Virus record (IMG/VR): IMGVR_UViG_3300021964_012561
Coordinates: 1 to 64,000 of that record
Origin: a virus
DNA length: 64,000 nucleotides
Direction: 5' to 3' (one strand)
The notes under the pieces are model-generated. The model was given only the letters and a program-made list of their open reading frames with translations, was not told the DNA's origin and did no database searches. The translations under genes were made by a program, and so were the position numbers. Of the stretch, positions 58,591 through 64,000 are shown piece after piece (position 1 is the stretch's first letter; every line of letters begins with the position of its first letter).

Positions 58591-60935
58591 TGTCTTTTAT
58601 TAAAATAGGAAACAATTTTTTTGAACAGTCTACCTTACTGCTGCGACCTAAAGTTAATTTTGTGTCATCATCGTTAGGTATAACCGGTTCTGAGAAAATT
58701 GTTTCTAATTTTTCTAAATGTATTAAACAGATAATAGACCCAAAAAAGCAAAGTTTAAATCAAGTTAATGATCGCTCATATGACGAATTAGATTTTCAAA
58801 TTTTAACATATATTGATAATGCTGCCAGTCAAGTAAGACAAGGATTAAGTTCTAACATAGAAAATTATTTAAATAACTATTTAAATTCTGTTAATGATGC
58901 TGTTAATGATGACAGATTTAGTAAATTAATTAATGTGTTTAGATTTGATGTTCCTGTTTCTTATAATCAAAATTATAATATTAAAAATAATTTAAGAAAA
59001 AGTTTAATACCTTTTCATCAGCACAGATATTCAGATGCTGGGTTTCATTATACAAATTACAATACATTAAATTTTTATACCGGTTCAGGATCTCCTCACG
59101 ACTCTTGTTTAATTTATCCAAATAGTAACGACATATACACACCTAGTAAATCTTTTTCATTGAATTTCTGGGTTAATCCTAGATATAGTCAAGATAATAA
59201 AAATTTACCATACAGTGCCGGCACAATTTTTCACATGTCTTCATCATTATGTGTATCTTTAATCAGTGGCTCTTCATCTGATAAAAATAATTTATCTTCT
59301 GATTTTAAAATTATGCTGCAACTAAGTCATAGTGCTGACTCTCGACCAGACACAATTAATTTTTCTAACTTAATTTATCCAAACGACTTAATTTTTACAT
59401 CATCTAATACTTTAAAAAAGAACAATTGGCATAACGTAACAATTAGATGGGGTGCGAATGAGTATGATAATTATGATGGCGCAATTGTAATTGATGAAGT
59501 AGCAACAGAATTTAACATACCTTCAAGTTCACTTTTTCAGTCAAATGAAATAATTACCATAGGAAACTACTTAAATACAGATAAAGTTAATGCAAGTAAA
59601 TTTTTTAACAATACTGTTGACACTGTTCATGGTTTAACTGTACTAAACGAATCAACTTCAGACGAGCCTAGTAATCAAAAAGAAATTTTAAAAAACGGGT
59701 TAAACGCCGAAATTCATGATATAAAACTTTTTAACAAGTATTTAAATGATACAGAAGTCTATTACATTAAAAATTTCGGCATAAAAAAAGAAAAACTTTT
59801 AGGCAGCGATTCAGCTAACATTTATTCAAATTTGCTTTTTTATGTGCCGGTATTCTTTTATCCTATAACTAAAGAAAGAGAAATTTTAGTTACTCCATTT
59901 CAAACTATAGCAGGGTCAACTACAAATGATCCTTTTAATGTCCAATTTTCTTTTGGAGTCGGTGGTAAACACTTAAACTTAGAAAATTTTACACGTGAGT
60001 TTATTCAAGGCGAATTTCCTAGGCTACAATCACTAACAGGATCAGAGCTGGCAAATACAATTCAAAACATAACGGCAGATCAGTACATTTATCACACAGC
60101 GTCGCTAGTCAGAAGAAATAATTTTGTTCTTCCAAATGATAATGGTTTGTTTCAACCTGATTATTATGCAATTCAGGCATCTCCAGCGTCTAGTAGTAAT
60201 AGTTATAAAAAGACTGGCACTTTTGTAGATTACTCTAAAATAAACTTAGAAGAATTAATACCGACCAGTTCTTTATTTCCCGGCCTAGTCTTTCAAGATG
60301 GGTCAATATTTAATGATATTGTAGGCACTAGGCCAGAAAATCCAGGTGTGGCTCCAGGATCTGTTTTATCAATTGCACAAAGAACTAGAGACGTTTCTAG
60401 TAATGAAATAACTGTATTTGACATATCAAACCTTTTTTATGGAAACAGAATTAACCCAGGGTCATTTGAAATTATTGACAATAATCTAACAGGGTCAAAT
60501 CAAAAAGTTAAGATTACATTAAAAGATAACAAAAAAGGGAGTTTATATAGAGCAGACGCTTTGACTAAACATTCAACATGGAATAACGTAGGTGATATTC
60601 TTTATGATGAAGGTATGGTAATTGTCAAGTCTCCTCATTTATTTTACTATTGTAAAGATTCAATTGACATGTCGTTTAAGGGTGAACAAAATATTCATAC
60701 ACTTATTTTAAACGTACCCATTGAAAAACAATTATTTAATTCTTCATCAAACTTTACGTTCCAAACTTTACCACCTAGCAATAACATTAACGATACTGAT
60801 TTAGAATCTTTTTACATAACAGCAGTTAACATTCATGACGATAATTTTAATATTATAATGAAAGCTCATTTCGCTCAGCCTATTTTAAAAACTGAAGATG
60901 ATGAGTTTGTAATAAGATTAAAACAGGATTTTTAA
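58590..60935 (+). CDS. Structural protein, LamG-like domain plus C-terminus paralogous to 57361
   Basis: FSLNFWVNP, WHNVTIRW, EIHDIKLFNKYL; C-term ITAVNIHDDNFNIIMKAHFAQPILK..RLKQDF. Confidence 0.65.
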   Translation: MSFIKIGNNFFEQSTLLLRPKVNFVSSSLGITGSEKIVSNFSKCIKQIIDPKKQSLNQVNDRSYDELDFQILTYIDNAASQVRQGLSSNIENYLNNYLNSVNDAVNDDRFSKLINVFRFDVPVSYNQNYNIKNNLRKSLIPFHQHRYSDAGFHYTNYNTLNFYTGSGSPHDSCLIYPNSNDIYTPSKSFSLNFWVNPRYSQDNKNLPYSAGTIFHMSSSLCVSLISGSSSDKNNLSSDFKIMLQLSHSADSRPDTINFSNLIYPNDLIFTSSNTLKKNNWHNVTIRWGANEYDNYDGAIVIDEVATEFNIPSSSLFQSNEIITIGNYLNTDKVNASKFFNNTVDTVHGLTVLNESTSDEPSNQKEILKNGLNAEIHDIKLFNKYLNDTEVYYIKNFGIKKEKLLGSDSANIYSNLLFYVPVFFYPITKEREILVTPFQTIAGSTTNDPFNVQFSFGVGGKHLNLENFTREFIQGEFPRLQSLTGSELANTIQNITADQYIYHTASLVRRNNFVLPNDNGLFQPDYYAIQASPASSSNSYKKTGTFVDYSKINLEELIPTSSLFPGLVFQDGSIFNDIVGTRPENPGVAPGSVLSIAQRTRDVSSNEITVFDISNLFYGNRINPGSFEIIDNNLTGSNQKVKITLKDNKKGSLYRADALTKHSTWNNVGDILYDEGMVIVKSPHLFYYCKDSIDMSFKGEQNIHTLILNVPIEKQLFNSSSNFTFQTLPPSNNINDTDLESFYITAVNIHDDNFNIIMKAHFAQPILKTEDDEFVIRLKQDF

Positions 60936-60936
60936 A

Positions 60937-61485
60937 TTGCTATTATCATTAGATATATCCACGTCAATAACTGGGTTTTGTGTTTTCAACAAATGGAATT
61001 GCGTGCACATTGGCCACATTGACTTAAGAAAAGAAAAAGATTTCTTTAAAAAAGTTGACATGGTAAAAGAAAAAATTGAAGAATTGCATAAACAATACGA
61101 TTTTAAAGAAGTAGCTATAGAAGAAGCATTTCAATCCTTTGGGCGAGGATTATCTTCTGCTAAGACTCTGTTTACACTGGCAAAATTTAACGGAATCATC
61201 CAATATAATGTATTCTCATTAGGAATCCAACCTACTGTGATTAACGTGAATAACGCAAGAAAGCTTGTTGGGATTAAAGTTAATAAAAAAGACAAGACTA
61301 AAAATACAAAAGAACAAGTTTTGGAGCAAGTACAACAATTAAATACAACTCTAACATGGCCTAAAAGAATACTTAAAAGTGGCCCTAGAAAAGGTTTAGA
61401 AATTTATGATGACTGTTGCTTTGATAGAGCAGATGCTTGGGTAATTGGAAAAGCACATTTACTTGAAAATAAAAAAACTGCATAG
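60937..61485 (+). CDS. RuvC-like Holliday junction resolvase
   Basis: LSLDISTSITG, VAIEE, KEQV, DRADA acidic catalytic pattern. Confidence 0.82.
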   Translation: MLLSLDISTSITGFCVFNKWNCVHIGHIDLRKEKDFFKKVDMVKEKIEELHKQYDFKEVAIEEAFQSFGRGLSSAKTLFTLAKFNGIIQYNVFSLGIQPTVINVNNARKLVGIKVNKKDKTKNTKEQVLEQVQQLNTTLTWPKRILKSGPRKGLEIYDDCCFDRADAWVIGKAHLLENKKTA

Positions 61486-61491
61486 TAAAAT
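61463..61491 (+). promoter_or_regulatory. Sigma70-like promoter, probably giving a leaderless primase mRNA
   Basis: TTGAAA-N17-TAAAAT; the primase ATG begins 7 nt after the -10 box and has no SD. Confidence 0.5.
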
Positions 61492-61497
61492 AGCAGT

Positions 61498-62454
61498 ATG
61501 ATTACTGTTAAAGAAAAAATAAGGCTTATTGAATCATGTTTTGGTAAGTCTAGGCTGTCTGCTGACAATAAAAATGCCGTTGTGTTTTGCCCAATTTGTA
61601 AATCACAAGGTAAAGATAAATTCAAACTAGCCATTGGTATAGATAAAGGTATGTATCATTGTTGGGTTTGTGAGTCTAAAGGTAAAAATATAGGTCGTTT
61701 AGCTTTAAAATATTCAATTCAAAAGAAATCTGCGACTGAACTTTATAGTTATTTTAAAACGGATAAAGATGACTTACAAGTACGAATTGAACAAAAAAAG
61801 ACTGTTGAATTACCTGAAGACTTTAGACTTATTGCAACAAGCAGAGGACATTCAGCAAAGATTGCAAGATCTTACCTTGAAAATAGAGGCTTTAAGGAAA
61901 AAGATTTCTACCGGTTCAGAGTTGGAATTAGTGAAAAATACGGATACAAAAACAGAATAATATTTCCTTCGTTCGACAAAGATCAAAATTTAAATTATTA
62001 TACAGCAAGAACTCACAACTCAGAACAAAAAAGAAGATATCAAAATTCAAAAGTTTCTAGAAAAGACGTAATTTTTCGTGAATTTGACATTGATTTTTCA
62101 AAAGAATTAATTTTAACAGAAGGTGTTTTTGATTTACTAAATTGTCCTGATAACGCTACATGTATTTTAGGTAGCTGGATTGATAAAAATTATGCAATCT
62201 TTAAAAAAATTGTGAAAAATAGTACACCTGTTATTTTGTGCTTCGATGAAGATGCAAAAGCCAAAACACAAAAAATTGCCAAAATGCTTCATGAGTACTG
62301 TGTACCGGTAAAAATAACACAACACAAAGGCAAAGATTTTGGCGACATGTCAAAAGAAGAAGTAGATTATTGGCTAAAAGAGGCAAAACCTTTTAATAAT
62401 GTTGATCGAATATCCTATTTAATAAAGACAATTCAATCCGGTTCAGTTTTTTAG
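61498..62454 (+). CDS. DNA primase (Zn finger + TOPRIM)
   Basis: CPIC...CWVC, YLENRG, RIIFP, TEGVFD, FDED, DFGD. Confidence 0.9.
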   Translation: MITVKEKIRLIESCFGKSRLSADNKNAVVFCPICKSQGKDKFKLAIGIDKGMYHCWVCESKGKNIGRLALKYSIQKKSATELYSYFKTDKDDLQVRIEQKKTVELPEDFRLIATSRGHSAKIARSYLENRGFKEKDFYRFRVGISEKYGYKNRIIFPSFDKDQNLNYYTARTHNSEQKRRYQNSKVSRKDVIFREFDIDFSKELILTEGVFDLLNCPDNATCILGSWIDKNYAIFKKIVKNSTPVILCFDEDAKAKTQKIAKMLHEYCVPVKITQHKGKDFGDMSKEEVDYWLKEAKPFNNVDRISYLIKTIQSGSVF

Positions 62455-62463
62455 AGAGGTTTT

Positions 62464-63072
62464 ATGAAATTAAATCGATTACAATTAAGAAAAATAATTT
62501 TACAAGAAATTCAAAGTTCAATAGACGAAGAGATAATATTTGCAAAAGATGGTTATTTAAACTATGGCATGCAATCTCAACATGATCAAGGCCATGTATA
62601 TAGATCTAAATGTTCTGAATGTGGCTCAAAAATGTATGAAGGTGACAAAGTTTGTGAACAATGTGGTTATTCTATGGCAGAAGAAGAAACACGCAAAGAA
62701 TACATAAGCGAGGGTGCTTGTGGCGGTTGTGGATCATGTAGTACTTGCGGCGAAGATGACGGATCAGATTATTCAATAGATACAATGGGAATGGTAGGGG
62801 ACGCATTACATGCTTTAAATGACGCAGGTTACAATGTTGATGCAACAAAAAGAAAAGACTATAAAATAGGTAATCATAAAATATTTAAAGGGTCGTATAT
62901 GGCAAAAAGTCACCTATACAAAGTCAATAAATATTCAGAAAAGCTTTACCATATGATACCAGACGGTCATAATCTTGAAGACTGGATGAGAACAAAATTA
63001 GCACAAATAGCTGATGACATTGGTGAAGTTTATCACGCATTAGATCATGATATATTTGAGGGTGATGTATAA
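62464..63072 (+). CDS. Hypothetical phage protein with Zn-ribbon cysteines
   Basis: CSEC..CEQC and CGGCGSCSTC; helical C-term; GAGG RBS. Confidence 0.65.
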   Translation: MKLNRLQLRKIILQEIQSSIDEEIIFAKDGYLNYGMQSQHDQGHVYRSKCSECGSKMYEGDKVCEQCGYSMAEEETRKEYISEGACGGCGSCSTCGEDDGSDYSIDTMGMVGDALHALNDAGYNVDATKRKDYKIGNHKIFKGSYMAKSHLYKVNKYSEKLYHMIPDGHNLEDWMRTKLAQIADDIGEVYHALDHDIFEGDV

Positions 63073-64000
63073 ATGCCTTATTTACTCCAGGATCTTTTTG
63101 AAGAAACAAAAAATCACGGAATAAGAAAAAAAGATAAAAAAAGAATGGCAAGATCTTGTAAATACATTAAAAATTACAAGCTGCTACCTGAATTAAAGTG
63201 CCCAGATCCAACGAGTAAATTGCATAAACAAGACGTAGAAGAATTGCTTAGCTACTATCATAATCCAACACTTCCTGAAAAGTTCTTAACTAAGTCTCAT
63301 GAGTCTGTTAAAAAGTTATTTAAAGATTATTGTAAAGACAACAATTTAAAGCCCAGCTGGAAACAAATTGATGATTATAAAAAAGATGTAAGTACAATAA
63401 TTTCACACTTAAAATACAGACATAATAGACCTAGGCCAAAAGAATTTTTAGGTGAAGAATACGATGAAATTAGTGACATGTTTAATCCTTCATTTCCTAG
63501 CGGTCATACAGCTTCTGCATATTTTTTTGCTGAAATGTTATCTTGCATTTATGAAAATCATAGGCAAGAATTAAAAAAATTAGCACGTTTAATAGGACAA
63601 TCTAGGCTTGAAAATGGAGTACATTTCCCATCAGACATTCTTTATGGACGTTTTATTGGAGAAACATTAGCGGGATTATGTAAAGAACAAGGGCTACATA
63701 AAGATTTAATTGACTTTGAGCTTAAGAAAAACGATACAAAAAATTGTAAAGAGTATCTACTTAATAAATTCAAAGATCCTGAACAATTAAAGAATAACAT
63801 TACTGAATTTATCATACGATCAAATGAAATAGAAAAAATTAATGTAGATTATCAAGAATGCATTAATGCTGTTGATAACTTTTTATCAGGATATCGACTA
63901 GAGAAATGCTCTAAAAATAAAGATATTATGTCACATTTAAAAGGCATTGTCGTTGCTCACAAATTACACCCTATTGATAATCCGTATAAAATGATTTTAG
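63073..64000 (+). CDS. PAP2-superfamily phosphatase with C-terminal extension, 3'-truncated (absent from the ORF track)
   Basis: Hand translation from ATG 63073: KYRHNRPRP, PSFPSGH, SRLENGVHFPSD (all three PAP2 motifs); frame stays open to the window end. Confidence 0.85.
   Translation, partial: MPYLLQDLFEETKNHGIRKKDKKRMARSCKYIKNYKLLPELKCPDPTSKLHKQDVEELLSYYHNPTLPEKFLTKSHESVKKLFKDYCKDNNLKPSWKQIDDYKKDVSTIISHLKYRHNRPRPKEFLGEEYDEISDMFNPSFPSGHTASAYFFAEMLSCIYENHRQELKKLARLIGQSRLENGVHFPSDILYGRFIGETLAGLCKEQGLHKDLIDFELKKNDTKNCKEYLLNKFKDPEQLKNNITEFIIRSNEIEKINVDYQECINAVDNFLSGYRLEKCSKNKDIMSHLKGIVVAHKLHPIDNPYKMIL

Larger units (their letters stand above)
1..64000 (+). other. Segment of a large myovirus-like phage genome
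   Basis: gp25/gp6/gp5-like baseplate, tail fibre, phage sigma factor, primase, resolvase and Cas4-like nuclease; single-strand tight packing; no bacterial housekeeping genes. Confidence 0.85.

Noticed and set aside
215-63151. All minus-strand ORFs and short nested plus-strand ORFs (4321, 48978, 61769)
   Set aside because: They lie within or across longer motif-bearing genes and have no recognisable motifs; they are shadow ORFs.
1-64000. Stop-codon reassignment (TAG or TGA recoding)
   Set aside because: Genes are full length and tile the window in code 11. TAG and TGA both end complete domains, and several TAG stops overlap the next gene's RBS.
1-64000. Giant eukaryotic virus (NCLDV) origin of the glycan cluster
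   Set aside because: Shine-Dalgarno motifs, overlapping operonic genes, a sigma factor and contractile-tail baseplate genes point to a bacteriophage.

Overview
The window is gene-dense and AT-rich, with all credible genes on the + strand. It is best read as part of a large myovirus-like (T4-style baseplate) bacteriophage genome. Order: (1) a 5'-truncated giant mosaic tail-fibre gene ending in a C1q-like domain. (2) A ~26 kb block of about 28 glycan genes: about 10 soluble glycosyltransferases including a GT29 sialyltransferase-like enzyme, a CMP-ulosonate synthetase, an HpcH aldolase, an SIS-HAD fusion, a C-methyltransferase, epimerase/isomerase cupins, three DegT aminotransferases, two formyltransferases, a sulfotransferase, a 2OG-Fe(II) oxygenase, WbqC, a deacetylase and a Gfo/Idh/MocA dehydrogenase. 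No membrane, flippase or polymerase genes are present. A Cas4-like nuclease, an atypical QueF and a ferredoxin interrupt the block near its end. (3) A phage sigma factor followed by ~29 kb of baseplate/tail genes (gp5-like hub, gp25, gp6, LamG- and Fn3-like proteins). (4) A RuvC-like resolvase, a primase, a Zn-ribbon protein and a 3'-truncated PAP2 phosphatase, possibly fused to Fic. Leading hypothesis: a phage-encoded cytoplasmic virion-glycosylation system. A subset of structural proteins is strongly enriched in a candidate [S/T]-G-[S/T] acceptor sequon, and the cluster may contain a NeuB/KdsA-independent ulosonic-acid route. All family calls come from motif recognition by eye; no database searches were run.
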